Assembly: GCA_030141605.1 (NCBI GenBank)
Contig: JAQGDQ010000386.1
Coordinates: 1-64,000, forward strand
DNA from: Tubiluchus corallicola
Lineage: Eukaryota; Animalia; Priapulida
Direction: 5' to 3'
DNA length: 64,000 bases
Part shown: in pieces, positions 36,501-50,600 of the stretch
Layout of the letters: every line of letters begins with the position of its first letter
Position numbering within the stretch: position 1 is the first letter of the stretch
Notes under the pieces: model-generated
Told to the model about the DNA's origin: nothing
What the model saw: the letters and a program-made list of their open reading frames with translations, nothing else
Databases searched by the model: none
Translations under genes and position numbers: made by a program

Positions 36501-39500
36501 CCAGTGAGATGCTTGAGTGACTCACCGTGTGGGGAAGGTACTTTTCTGTATCACTGCCTGACACCCTAGACACCCACTGCCTGAAGCGTCTAGACACCCG
36601 AGGGAATAGAGGGATGCAGTCCTTGCTTTGTCCAAGTAGATTAGTGAATAGGTTATAAGATTAGGGTTGTAAGTGAACAAATACGAAAAGATGGATATAG
36701 AAGATAAACATTAGAAAAAAATTCTTATGCAATATCCCACCAAATTTCTTTTTCACTTCAAGCTACAAAGTTGAAATATAAGAAAAAGCTAAGCAACTCA
36801 CCTGTATAAAATTTCTCGGCGATATCAGTATCATACACAATGGGAGGATCCTTTGTCCACCAATTTTTCGCACAAAACGTTTTCTTCTTTTTGGTAAAAT
36901 TTGTGCAATTGACTGAAGCATTGAAATTGCATATATTCAAATTTAATGAACATTCATCAAGGCAGTCCTGACGCAGTGCAGAATCGCAAGGAGGTTCACA
37001 CAAATGACACTGCTTGACACACTCAGTAACACTGACATTGCAATGTTCTGTGACATATGCACTGCACTCACCATAAATATTCCTACAATGTTGCCTGTCC
37101 ACATCTAGCTGTGTTGTTTGAACACAAGCAGAGTCGTACTGAAAGACGCATTCAGTGGTGCCTTCACAGTATCTGCTTTTTTGATCTAAACAAGTTGATC
37201 TCAGATTTACACATGTAAGATGACACTCTTCAAATTCATACTTACAATAATCAATGCAAGACAAAACTTTCCCATCACAATTTGCATTGCACTGGCTAAG
37301 TTCATTTGTGCACCTATGAATACAAGCGGTATCAGTTGCTGTACAGTTGCTTACACATGCACCTTGGTTAATACTACATTTCTCAGAACAAGTATCTTTC
37401 TCCACTTGACAGTCACCTCTACGTTTGTTCAAAAACTCTTTGCAGTTGAAGTCACAATTCATGTAAATGCCATGACAAGTCTCATTCACAACTTCAAGAC
37501 AGTCCTTCAAAGTGTTCTCACATTTTTGAGAAACATTTTTACAATAATCAATCCACTCATTGTAGCAGCGATATTTCTGCAAACAAGCATCAACACTGCA
37601 GCTTTTAGATTTTTTATTGTTTTTACACTCAGAAGAAACTCTCTTGCATTCTTGTGATGGACCAAAACAAGGAGGAGTAAAATATTCATTGAACATTATG
37701 CCAATGTAGTAGTGAATTGAACTGCTGCGATTGTTGTATAATACTACACTGTTATCTGGTTGGTCACTTGTAAAAAATGACTTAGCATTAGGAACGGGAA
37801 TTTCATAGACGGATGAAAAATTTGAAAAATCTTCAAGAACTGGCCTTACATCCTCTTTAAAAATGACCTGAAAATTAGAACAGTATTACAACAAACTCAT
37901 CAAAAAGCATACCAAGTCAAATATCACATGCATTCGCTTAAGTATCAAGTGACATCAACGGGACGTCAGTGTTTTTTCTGTTGATACTTTAGCCGACACT
38001 AACATTAATTCTGTACTGCAGTGGCTCTATAAGCAATCTAACTAAGAAAAGTTTAAACTAACAACTCATTTTGACACATGACCAAAATCTACTTTAGCAA
38101 GCTGCCCTCTGATTTTTTTGTCAAATGATTTCAGCTACACTGCATTTAAGCTTAATTTCCGTCCGTGTTACTGATAATTGTTCAGGTTTTTCCATGACAA
38201 AAGTGCAATAGTTCTGACTGTTGCACAGAATGAACGTTTTTTTGCAGCTTAAATGTCCAAGCTTTCACCAACAGTAGACTACAAACAGAACAACATTGTT
38301 ATAGTAAACATACCAGGGACCCAGGAAAAAGTACTCCATAACCGTGATACTCTATAAGCATATGCTGATAATAATATGCATATGACTAGTTAATAGATAG
38401 ACATGCATGTATTAATAATAAAAGTGTACAAATAATTTACAATATGTGGCATCATAGAGAACGTAAAAATACTTTTCAAAGATGTTGACAAGTATCAACT
38501 ACTTTACAGTATATTCAGATTCTAAGAAATACACTTCATGTGATTTCAATAAACAAAAATAGATGAATGTTTCATATCAAATTTTGTGTACCCATTCTGC
38601 TGTAAATTTACTTGACAGGTTCAATAAAGTCAAGCGGGAATCAAAACAGCTGGTCAATTTCGTTTATGCAAAATTTTCGTTTGTCACTTGAGTTTTTGTC
38701 ACATAAAAAGTTTTTGCAGCAAAGTAACTGCAGTAGGATTCATCACTTGGAAATGTTAGCTCATTAGCATGCTGTCAGTGTAGGTACATAGATAAAACAG
38801 CTGGTGCTACACTAGTATGAGACTCATTGTTTCTCTACACTAGTAGACAAAAAGATCTTTGGACACGACATGTTAACAGCTTCGCATACTCCATAGCCAA
38901 TAACTTTTTGCAGCTCCAGGTGGGGCGCGTTAAATTTAACCGTAAATTAATTTGCAAACCGCTGACAAAGTTAAAGTACGAAATAAAAACCAATAAATAT
39001 ATAGTTATACAGGCAATTTGGCCCCATAAAAAGTCCACAATATGCAATAACAAAGTGTGCAATAATGCAGTAATAATAACGATGGCAGTTTGTTATTTTT
39101 TGTGAGTTTGCATTACTGATGTGCAAGCAATAAACCATGTGTGCTATAATAGTGTTATACTGCATCTATTATACAATCAACTATAAGCTGTCCAAGTTTT
39201 ACCACAGGACTGACCATATGTCTAATTGTAAGTTTTATCACTGACAATTATAAGGAAGCCTGGTACAATGTCTGGTACATAATCTTGTAATGTAGTCAGT
39301 AACAAACATAATACTTGCTAACTCGATAAATATAATATTTTAGAAAATAAAATAATCACACATTCAACTTAACTAAGTAGCTAAACTTAATTAAACAAGA
39401 GACGTCATCCTTATTTTTTCAAAAAAATAATTTACAAAAACGGCAACCAAAGTTTTTTTTACAAAAACAAATAATATTTTACGTACTTTTAAAGTTGCGT

Positions 39501-42500
39501 TCTTTTGCAAGCCCTCAAAACCCAATATGAAGAAACTGTAAGAACTGACAGTGAAATTGTAAACAGTGATATCTTTGTCAGTATAATTTCCATAATGCTG
39601 GACCACAAAAGATGCAACCAATGAATCACTTGTTGCTGTAAATATTCAAAAAAATTAAAAAAATCATTACTGCTTCATTACTTAGTCTTTCTTAGTTTAC
39701 TCTTCATAAATTAAAATTGACGATGATAGCTTGTTAACACTGCCTTTTAAATTAGTTTGGTTTAAATATAGTTAATTTATTGTAATATGACAGGGATTAC
39801 AATATGGTTTGAACAAAACAGTTTTACAACTGGTAGACATTCTTACCAATGGAACATAACACTTAGAAAAGTGCAGACAATAAATGAACAGTAGAAGCAT
39901 TATATTCAAATTCAGTTTTTTTATTTCACCAGCAAATCTGAAACCAGCCGATTTGAGTGTCGGCAAATCGTGCCTACACCTCCCTGCGGTCCCAACCAGG
40001 CAACTTCACTCGGTAGGCTAAAGTAGGACGTCACCAACGACCGGGGGTGAATCTGAAACTTAAGGAATTGGCGGGAGGGCGCCACCAGTAGTAAAATGTT
40101 GCAGTCGGGCTTCGATTTCGTCCCAAGCGGAGGTTGAGAGGGCAACCTCACAGACTGTCGAGCAAGACGTACTCCTAATCCTTACGAGGGTGCCAACCGG
40201 CCACATTTTACAACTAAGCGGCTTACGAGACGCATGGGAAACATCCAAGTATCGAGAACAAAAGTGGAAGTGCACCACAGGTAGTGCCATTAATGGCTTA
40301 AGCTTGCTGGGTAACAAGCTTACATAGGTTGCAGTCTGGCCGTGACTTTCATACTGGCAGAGGCTGACCTCGCAGAGGTGGTTTTATTTCACCAGCAAAG
40401 AAGCAAACTACAATAATACATACTATACATGTACAACTTTTTTGTATAATTCAAAAAACAACAACAACAAAAATAATTTCTGATTCCATCAACATAGCAA
40501 TTATAGTGTTGAAGCTTGTCGCATGGGAGCTATAAAGATGACCTTATTAAGCCAAAATGAAATGTGAAACGAAGAATGGAGATGATGAGGAAAATAAAGA
40601 AGAGCTACGTTGCAGTTAGTAGAAAGAAAAATGAAGAAAAGAAGTCAAAAGAAAACATAAAATAAGAAAACATGTTCAGAATAGCTGCAACTGATTTTTG
40701 ACAAGAAATCATTGCTAGATGCCGTAAGACCGATAGGAAACACCACCCAAGTGAATTATTCACTATTAGACATAAGACAGAAATATACGCCATTTCAAAC
40801 ACTTTTTAAAAGTATTTATAGATTTGCTGCTTTTAATGTTTGGACGAATATAAAGAGGCTGTGAATTTAAGAAAATGTCTATCAATATTCATTCTACAGT
40901 ACAATAAGGCATAAAATACTGATTAAGACAGGTATTATTGTGTTTAATCACACAATATTGGATAAAAAAAGTTGTTGGAAATAAACTGAAATGTGTTTTG
41001 TACATATATGTGGAGAGGTTAAATGAAATTAAATCTTCTAAAATTAAAATACTACAGTTTCGAAGTAAGTAGAGATTTAGTTAGTTGTCTATTTTCTTTG
41101 ATATCTATTTGAGATAACCAAGTCTGTAGGATAAGTTCTGCCCCATAACACAAAACAATGTTAAGCAATGCAAAATTAATGTATTATATAAAGATGATAA
41201 ATGAAATTTACATGGTTTATATTTGATAAAGGAAATTATTCAAGGTTTTTGCAATTTTTTGACTTATCGTGTTTACATGAGGCTGCTTCCAATCTAAGTT
41301 TTCATGAATTACAATTCCCAAAAATTTGAAAGTACTCACACGCTCGATCAAACAGCCATTGGCATACATATTTATATCCTTTCGAAGTGTTTTTTTTTAA
41401 TGAAAATCATGCTTTTTGTTTTGTTGGGATTAAGAGATAATGTTAGATCAGAACAATCTGTAATTACAGGTAGTGTCTCATTTATCTGTTTTATGGAGTA
41501 AGAAGAGAGACTGAGAAATAAGGTTGTGTCATTAGCAAATTGAAATAGGTTCAAGTTGTGTAATAAGTTACTTAAATCATTTATGTAAAGCAAGAACAAC
41601 ATGGGTCCCAATATGGAACCCTGAGGAACGCCACATTTCATACCCGACAACAATTCTAACTTCTTACTTGTTGAGTATGACTGGCTAAGTAACTGACAAA
41701 CAAGGTATTGGTTGTGCCTCGAATTCTATAATGAGTCAGTTTTTGAAGAAGAATTGAGTGGTCTATAGTGTCGAATGCTTTTCATAGGACACAGAAAATG
41801 TCTGCTGCTAGAGAATTGTTTTCAATAGTGGTTACAGTGCATCACTATTTTTGAAAAGGGGTATCATTACAGCTTGTTTTAATTTATTAGGAACATGTCC
41901 ACTGCTAAGTGATGCATTTATTATATGACTAATAGGTGTAGCAATGGATGGCATTGTATCATTAATTACCTTGGGAGAAAAATTGTCTATTCCTGGACTT
42001 TTACTTGAGTTTAACGTTTTACAGATGCTTATTATCTCGGCAGGACTAATTGGTTTAAAAAAAGATCTTAAAACAATTTCCCATTAAATGATCCGCTTAA
42101 TGCTTGTTTGAATTTCAAATTTTATTTGCAAGAGATGGTGCCATACTTGCGAAATATTCATTGAATTTATTTGGGGTTCAGTAAATTAACATTCTGTCTT
42201 TGCAAATATATTGTTCGAGATTCTCAGTTTCTGCAGCTTGGCTGGCTACTTTAGATGCAATAGTTTTCACTAAGGCTGTAAGATCATTGTTCTCTTGTTC
42301 AGTATTTTCTAACCTTGTCACACATCACACAAAGATTATCATATTTAGTTTCCAAAGATGTTTGTCCTGCCTCAAGTTTTTTCAAACCAATTTGGATTTT
42401 GCCCATTTCAGACATCATTTCTGCTCTAAATTTTTACAGTTCAGATGAAAGGTTTTCGTCAGTATTAGATTTCATATTACCTTCAATATAATGTCACATT

Positions 42501-45500
42501 ACAGTATGATTGCGAGCAGTGTAGATCCTGCTACAACAATACCTAGCGTAATGTTGAGAATGACATGCGTAAACAATGTAAACAAGTACAATGGTTAGAA
42601 GTGCTTAATTAAAAATAAAAATTTCCGTACAAACTTAATACTTGAGTATTAACAGTTATAAGTAGATATTGATGGCCAAGAAGAAGTAGATAAATGACTT
42701 CATTTGTCGACAGATTAATATCCTAATATTATACGTAATTAACAGAATACAGTTCTTGTTTAGCAAGATATCACGAGTCTGGCGATATAAGGGGCAGCTA
42801 CTTAGAAAATGACCAGTGGTTTCAAAAGAGGCACCGCATCTATAAGTAGGTAACATGGGGTTCCCTGACTTTCTTTTTGGTTACAAGGATAATAGAAACG
42901 AGAATTCTACTAATACGTTCACATTCAGTAAAAAAACTTGATTCAAACGTCTACCATACATTTCTAAAAAGCTTAAACATGCTCAGCAGCAAACCAAAAT
43001 CAATTAACAGTACCTTGTGTATCAATAAAGAAATCCAAAGGTCGTGAAATTGGTTCCTCTTCACGTTTCGACGGGTCAGTCATACTAAAACTCAATACTG
43101 GGGTATTCACAAGCAAGGCAGATTCATCCCAGACAAATGGGTTTTCAGGAACAACATACATCTAGCAAGCACAACATAATGATAAACACTATCTGTTAAT
43201 TGACCAAAAATACGAACCTACATAATAAGAATTTGTTGAGCTATTCTATAAAATGGCAAACTATATGAATTTGTTAAACTATTTGACAAAATGGAAAACT
43301 AAGTGCTTCAAAGCCTCACTCCGAAACACTTCAAACATTAAATAGTGCGTAAATAAATTAATAAACTTACCACTGCATCCACGGTTTTGTCAGCCACAGC
43401 ATCTGTGATTTTATCGTCCAGTGAGGGTTCTAATGGAGGGAGAACTACACGTCCAGAAGCTTCTAGATCAAATTGAAAACCTAGAAATAGGTGAACATAT
43501 ATGACAGGAAAATTAAAAATGATATTATCAATAAACACCATTTATTAGACTCACTGTTAATAGAATCAGTCACCTAATTGACTCACAAATGCCTGGGTAC
43601 CCACTCCATAACCCTGTTAGTAATGGAAAAATGGCTAAGTAAACTTACTACTGCAGTTAGATTTAGTTTGTACAGAGACAACATACAGATACTATATTAA
43701 CCACAAACAAAAAAATTTACTTGTAGTAACCATTTGAAGGCTAATATATTAGTCATAAAAATTTACATATGGGTACGGGTGGCGCTGTTGTAATGTGAGC
43801 TACATGGAAGAAATCTCAGCCCTTCTCTGTCATGCTGGGCTAATAGCCTGCGAGTACTAATACTATCAGCTTCAGGTTCAAGTCCCAACTGGTCAACAAT
43901 TTTTCAGTGTCTCCTTTGTCTAACTCATTATAATTAATTAATGAAACTTGTTTTACCTTCAGAGCTTTTGGTGTGTTTTCTGTCCACTTTAAGTTTAAGC
44001 GAATCGGTACTGATCGTACTAGGTTCTTCACCAAGAATTTTATAATCAAGAACAACTTTTGCAACAGTGTCGACGATCTTCAACGTTTTCAAGGATGTGT
44101 CTTTTGCCTGTTTAAAAATACATGGTTACTGTAAGTATAGAAAATGTCAGGAAATGTATCGTTTCAGGAAAAGTATCCAATAAAAAAATTAAGTACTTCA
44201 CAATGAAATTGGAATATAGAAAGGGCAACCTACAAAAAATAGTCAGATTAGTGTGGACATAAATAAACTAACTCAACTTACTTTGTTTAAATGGAAATGA
44301 TACTGAAAATTTCTACCAGGAAGAGGTTTAATTGTGTCCAAAAACATTAAAGGATAACTAGCCATAACATAGAAATCACAAATGCCATTAGGCATACACA
44401 GGCATTTTTGAAAATTATCCATTTGTATAATCCACTTATAGCGAGTTTCAAGGGACCATGAAAATTTCCTCCCCACAACCGACTCTCATTTATGATGAGG
44501 TGAACTGTTTGAGTAAACAAGATAGAAATTAAGATTATACAAAGTGGATGAAACAAGGATGAAAAGAGCACTTTCTTCTGGGACTGGCTCAAGTTTCTTA
44601 ATGAGTGCCATTCTTAAGCAAGTAATTAATCACAAGAGTAAAGCTTTAGTGTTTAAATTTTCTTTTTTATATAGGATTAAGGCAGTATTTTACGCAATAA
44701 ATAAAACTGTCATGCAAGTTTCTTTTCTCTAAGTTAAAACTGCTGTGATTCATTGTGAATTCTGTTGATAGTTCAGTGTGTTTGCCTGTTTGTGCACGGC
44801 TACTCACGATCATATAAATGCTTTGGATGTATTTTGCACTGAACGCGGTTAGCTCTGTGTGGGCGGAAACCAAAGCTGATTTTTATTTAAATCTGCACAG
44901 GACAATTTATTTTATAATTATAAAGCATTTTCAACATGGACCAATGTCAGCTAATATCTAATTACCCATGTGTAACTTAACGTAAAATCACTGTATTTAT
45001 TCAAAACAACATCTTTATTAGAAATTCAACTTTGAAAAGTCATAGAATTACTTATTATGCAACAAAGAACAGTTTATTTTTTTAAAAAATTCTGTTGTTT
45101 TGCCTACTTTACATAAAATTGCTTCACAGGAGGAGCTGTCAAGTTTTGATAAGAATGAGAACAGATTCAGTTGCTGGTGATGACGTAAAAACTGCTTAAG
45201 TTTATCAATGGCTTCAATGGTGTCATTCAATGTAACGCATTCACAAACTGGTTCTTTTTCTGCATCTGTATCATGTCATTGATTCGTTCCGACTGTAAGT
45301 TACAATTACAGCAGGGCCAGTAGCTGCAAACCTATTTGAACATCTGCATCTTCTGTACTTGATCTACCTTGTTTTATGCACCAGTAGTAAACTAATCCTC
45401 ATGGTGATCTCTTTGCTCTTGTTGAATGGTGCCAATTTGCCCTTTGTTTTATTACTTGCACTCATTATATGCACACGAAATACAATCACAGGGCCATAAA

Positions 45501-47581
45501 ATTCACACGTAGGAAGCAAAATATCGGATCTCTGTAAGCAAGGTTCAAAGATATTATTTAAGCCTAATAATTGACATGTCTTTGAAATTTACTCGCAATA
45601 ACCAGAAACTCTTTATAACAGAACTTGCTATAAGTGGATTATACTGTATAATAAAAGAAAACAAGCGAAAGTTACGTCTTCTATTATTTTGTCTTTGCTT
45701 CGATTTTCCTCTAGTGACACTTTATCTTCCACGATTTCATATCCCTCATCTTCATCAAGCAAAATTTGTTTTCTAGCAGATTTAACAGCGCCACCAAATA
45801 TGCTTGACATGCCAATCATCACGAATCTGCAACAAGATAAACAATAAACAAAAATAAAATAAACAGTGTGCAAATATACAGCGTGCTGCCAGATTGATTG
45901 ATAACATGCAGAGTATGCAAAATACTAAATAAGTAAGACAAACAATTTTCCCAAGTGGAATTTAATTTTAATGAAAAGATTGTCACAATTTCTGGTAGAG
46001 CTATAAGAACTGTAAACGTTCATACTTTGCAGCATTTACCAGTTCAGCATCGATAGTTTTTTCCAAAACATGCTCTTCCATTTCGCTTCCTATTTCAGTG
46101 AACTTTGTCATGGCATTTTGCTGAAAATTATGACACATGAATAAACCCAATACATAAATGAATACAAACACAACAAACGAATAACAGCAAAGTTCACACA
46201 TTTATTCACCGCAAAAGGTATAGAGATTCTTTATGATAAATAAATGCCAATAATAACCAAAAAAGTAGATAAATTAATACCATTGCTTGTGGTGATAGTT
46301 CCTCAACAACCACGGAGGTTTGGCTAAGAAGTACTGCAACTTGTTCTACAGATTCGCAGTTGTAAAGTGGAGTCTTAGCCAAAACATCCATAATAGAGGA
46401 CCGAACCTACCAAATCAAGTTATCAGTAAAGTTAGCATACAGATATTATTCCTGAAAAGCGGGTTTCTTTAATCATTTCATGTAAATACTAAACTATTAT
46501 GATTACAGATATGCATACTATTGACACTGCAGCCATTTTGTAAATATAGTGTGAAACAATGCATAAGATTTTGCACAAAAAATAAACACCCATAATAAAA
46601 TACCGTATATTATCTAAAATGCTAAAAGTTTTGCAAAATAAACACTATTATCTAATATGCGATTTTTATAAAGGATGAACAGCATTTCAAAATTGTAAGT
46701 GTAATCAATACACTTCAAAACATCGAGCTTGATTTTGCCTAAACAACATTAATAACATCAAAAAAATGGAATCTATAAACAATAGAAGAGCATACTAGCC
46801 CTTTGTATCATTTGATGTCACGTCACACCATTGTACATGCGCAGTATCGATTTCAGATGGGAATAAGATACACAATAAGAGAGACATCGGCCTGGTTTTA
46901 AATTTATTGTTGATTAGAATTCATACAAATGGGTGGAAATATATATATATATATATATATAGTCTGATTTGTTGTTTTTATAGAAAGAAATGCATAACGC
47001 TTACGTCTACGAGTTGTTGCTTCAGATGTTTTGCTGTTATTGAAATATGTAGTTTAAATTAATTCATGACTTTGTAAGAAAAACCGCACAACTATATAAT
47101 TAAAAGAGTGGTCACCCAAAATATAATTAATTGTAACTTACAAGATTTGGAGCATATACATTATTAATTTTTATCACAACTCTAACATTAAATAAAACAC
47201 AGGAAGGATAACCAATCATATATAATTAATCACTGATTATTACATAATTACTATGCAATAAGCACAATGCACTAATCTTAGATATAGGACGAGCAGATTA
47301 GCATATGACTATTGAAAAAAATGTTAAAAAGGAAAAAAATAAACTAATGAGTTAGGCGGATCATTTAACGTCTGCTTATAGGAATAGCAAGCATCAAATG
47401 GTCACCTGTACAGAGGTGACAATGAATATTATAACTTAAAATGAAGCCGGTATAACTGATTCAAGGTTAACGTAATCTAAAAGCACAGCCTGACCGACTC
47501 TAGGTAGATTTGCAAAAGTCTTGCAGCAGAGTTGAACTCAATCACGGGAATATGTGACTTAATAATTATAATGATAATGAA

Positions 47582-47613
<32 letters not shown>

Positions 47614-47645
47614 CAATAATAACAACAACAACAACAACAACAACA

Positions 47646-47678
<33 letters not shown>

Positions 47679-50600
47679 TTAATAATAATTATTATTATTA
47701 TTATAATAATAGAAGTGCAAATTACCTCTGCCTTTACATGTAACAGAGCTTTGAGTTTTTCATTTCTTTTTTTGTCGTCTGTTAACTGAATAAACCTAGT
47801 TTTGTTATCATTTAGCAATGCAGTAGCGGTTCCCACAAGCTTAGCAACACCTAAGAAAGTAACCATGCACTTAAATTCTGTAATAAAACTTTTAATTGAA
47901 AATGATATGGCAGACTTTAAAACCAAAACAACCGCTGACAGTGTAAAAGCTACAAATGAACAGAAACACTGTCCACATACAGTTTGAATTTTTTTTTTTT
48001 TTGAAAAACGCAGAACAACTGAAAGACCTGTGAAGACACGCTCTGCTTGTCTATGATGACTAATAAGCGGTTTAGGCAAGAACATGGTGACCTCATTGAA
48101 GTCTGGAAAATTTTGCATGGCTGCTATGATACCTCTCTATCCCTTCATTGTTGTTGGAGTTCAATAAGACTGGTGATGTTCAGCGACCTATCACGCGGGA
48201 CCATAGCTTCAAGTTAGCCAAAAAGCAGATGCAATAAAGTACAGAGTTTAGTTTATTGGAAATCGCATGGTGAACCCCTGAAATGTATTACCAAGCACAA
48301 GTGGCTTTCGTTCAGAGTATAGAGATTGTCAAAAATTGATTCATAACCACAGTGCTGCCAATCATTACTCTACATCCTATGGACTTCTTTACTTACTATA
48401 ACATCTATGACTAAGTTTGCTGCCACTGTTCCCGCCAACTTGGTGTTTTTTTTAAATTTCTGTTTGATAGTCGATGAAACTGATGCTTTGTTGGTGAAAT
48501 GTTAAAATCAGCCTAAAGTCCCAAGGACTAACCCTACAGCCGCAAAGTGGTATTTGATAACTTGTAAATGACTCATTAAAAGCACACAAAAAACATTTAC
48601 TAACAAAGAAAACATGGGAGTGTGAATGCTATAGCGTACAGACAAAAACTTGCTCCAAAGAATAAATAAAAACATAATCAGACATACCTTGGACATCACC
48701 GGTATTAAAATACGTTTCTAACTTACTGGGTGCAGTACCATTAGAAACGATTAAATCCTTTAACAAATAAACAATTTGGACTGCTTGCTCAAAGTCTGTC
48801 TTAGTTGGTGCACCTGGTTCATATCCTACTGGAAAAACCTAAAAATTAGAAACACACATTGTCATTGTTCTTAATAAGCCTTTTCACAGTTTTGTTGAGC
48901 ACATACGCAGTTGGTTACTGTAGGTCACAAGTGTACCATAAGAACACGTCCTAACTACAACTGGCACGTAACATGTGGGTAAAGCAAAGCTGTTTGCCAC
49001 ATCAGTTCAGTTGTAATACATCCAAAGTGAGTAAATTAGTCGGTGTCTACTGTACCATTTTAAAAGTTGGCTCTGTGCACACTCTCTGTTGAAAATACAA
49101 AAATTCAAATTATTTTGTTTCGTTCTATAAAACGCAGCGCAATTGACATCAAACATATTGGTCTAACGCTCCGCCTCCTCTGTAACATAAACACACTCAA
49201 CGGCATTCGGGACAACAGCTTCCACTGGACAACAAGTGTCTAAACTAAACTAAATAACATGACAGTCACAATTAATGTCTAATCAGCAGATAAGCAGAAT
49301 GAAAGCAGCTATTTTTAGCAGCATGAATGAAAGCATGAAGAAAAGCAGATATTTTTACACGAAATTAAAACTTCAAGTAGCCAAAAAAATACTTATCGAT
49401 TTAAACAGAATGTAGAGGTGAAGTTTCAAAGCACTACAAAATGTAGAGACATAAGTATAATAAAGAAACTAAGCCAGTTAGCCTTGCTTTACAATAAATG
49501 GACAACAAACTATATTTATGAAAATTTCTTTTGCCTTTGAATATACGAGCACATTATACCTGCAACGTATTTGAACTAATTTTAACTAATCATGTGGTAG
49601 TTCTTAAGTTTTTATCTACTTTTTGCATTTTTTCAACTGTTTGTTAGATTACAGAATTATTTTAATCCTCAAACGATCTTGCCCAAGTTACATAAGTCAT
49701 AAATCCCAATGGCATCTTTTAAATGTGATTATAGCCAGGAAAATTGCAGAAAATTGACTATTTCAGGATAAAAATTTTACGTTGATACATAACATAAATT
49801 TTGACCATATTTGAATTATTTTGGACCGTGAAGATCTTATTGAGGTTCATAAAAACTGACCAGAAAAGAAAACATTTAGCTTGAATATGAATTCCTATGA
49901 GTGTGCTCGATTACCACATAATCCTGACAGTTGTCACGTATTCCCGTAGATGAGTTCATCTCTGTCGCTGGGTTTCAACTATTGCTAATTGGCCATTCCT
50001 ACCACCTGCACAAACCTACCTAGAAGTGCTCATGCTGTAATTTTTACATGCATGTTAACCTTGAATCATTCACACCTGCCAACTCGGGCTTCAATATAAA
50101 GTTATAAATTTCATTGTCACCTCTGTTCAAGTAGGCCATTTTACATTTGCCATCATTACAGCAGCGTTATATGATCTGCCCAATTAACCACGTTAAGTTA
50201 ATTTGTATTCTTTATAGTTATTACTTGTCTTTAAGTAGCTTGCAAGGTCGTACATTTAACTAAACTGTGTATTTTGTTAATAGTAACTCATAGATGCAAG
50301 CGCTACACATTTCTTCATATAAAAAACGAAATTATACTATGTATTTCCACTAATTCACCTGCAATTTTAATCGACAACCTGTAATAAGATCTAAAACCTG
50401 GCTGATCTCTCTCCTGTAAATGTATGAAAAGTTGAACATTTTTCATAAGACTATAACATATACCGACAATACATAGTTAGAGCTCTTGTCCGGAAAGACG
50501 AGGTAATCAACCGGTTCTGTGGGCATGTGAAAAATATGCACACTGATTGGACAGTCAGCAGAACTTGACTGAGAATGATTGAAATTTTGTTTGACATCAT

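Noticed and set aside
37220-37657. 145-aa plus-strand ORF (also 14585-14776, 15348-15530, 29325-29543)
   Set aside because: Antisense shadows of PKD1L exons
47477-48118. 213-aa ORF with poly-Ile/Val as a membrane protein
   Set aside because: Only 47726-47850 is exon; the hydrophobic run is an (ATT)n microsatellite
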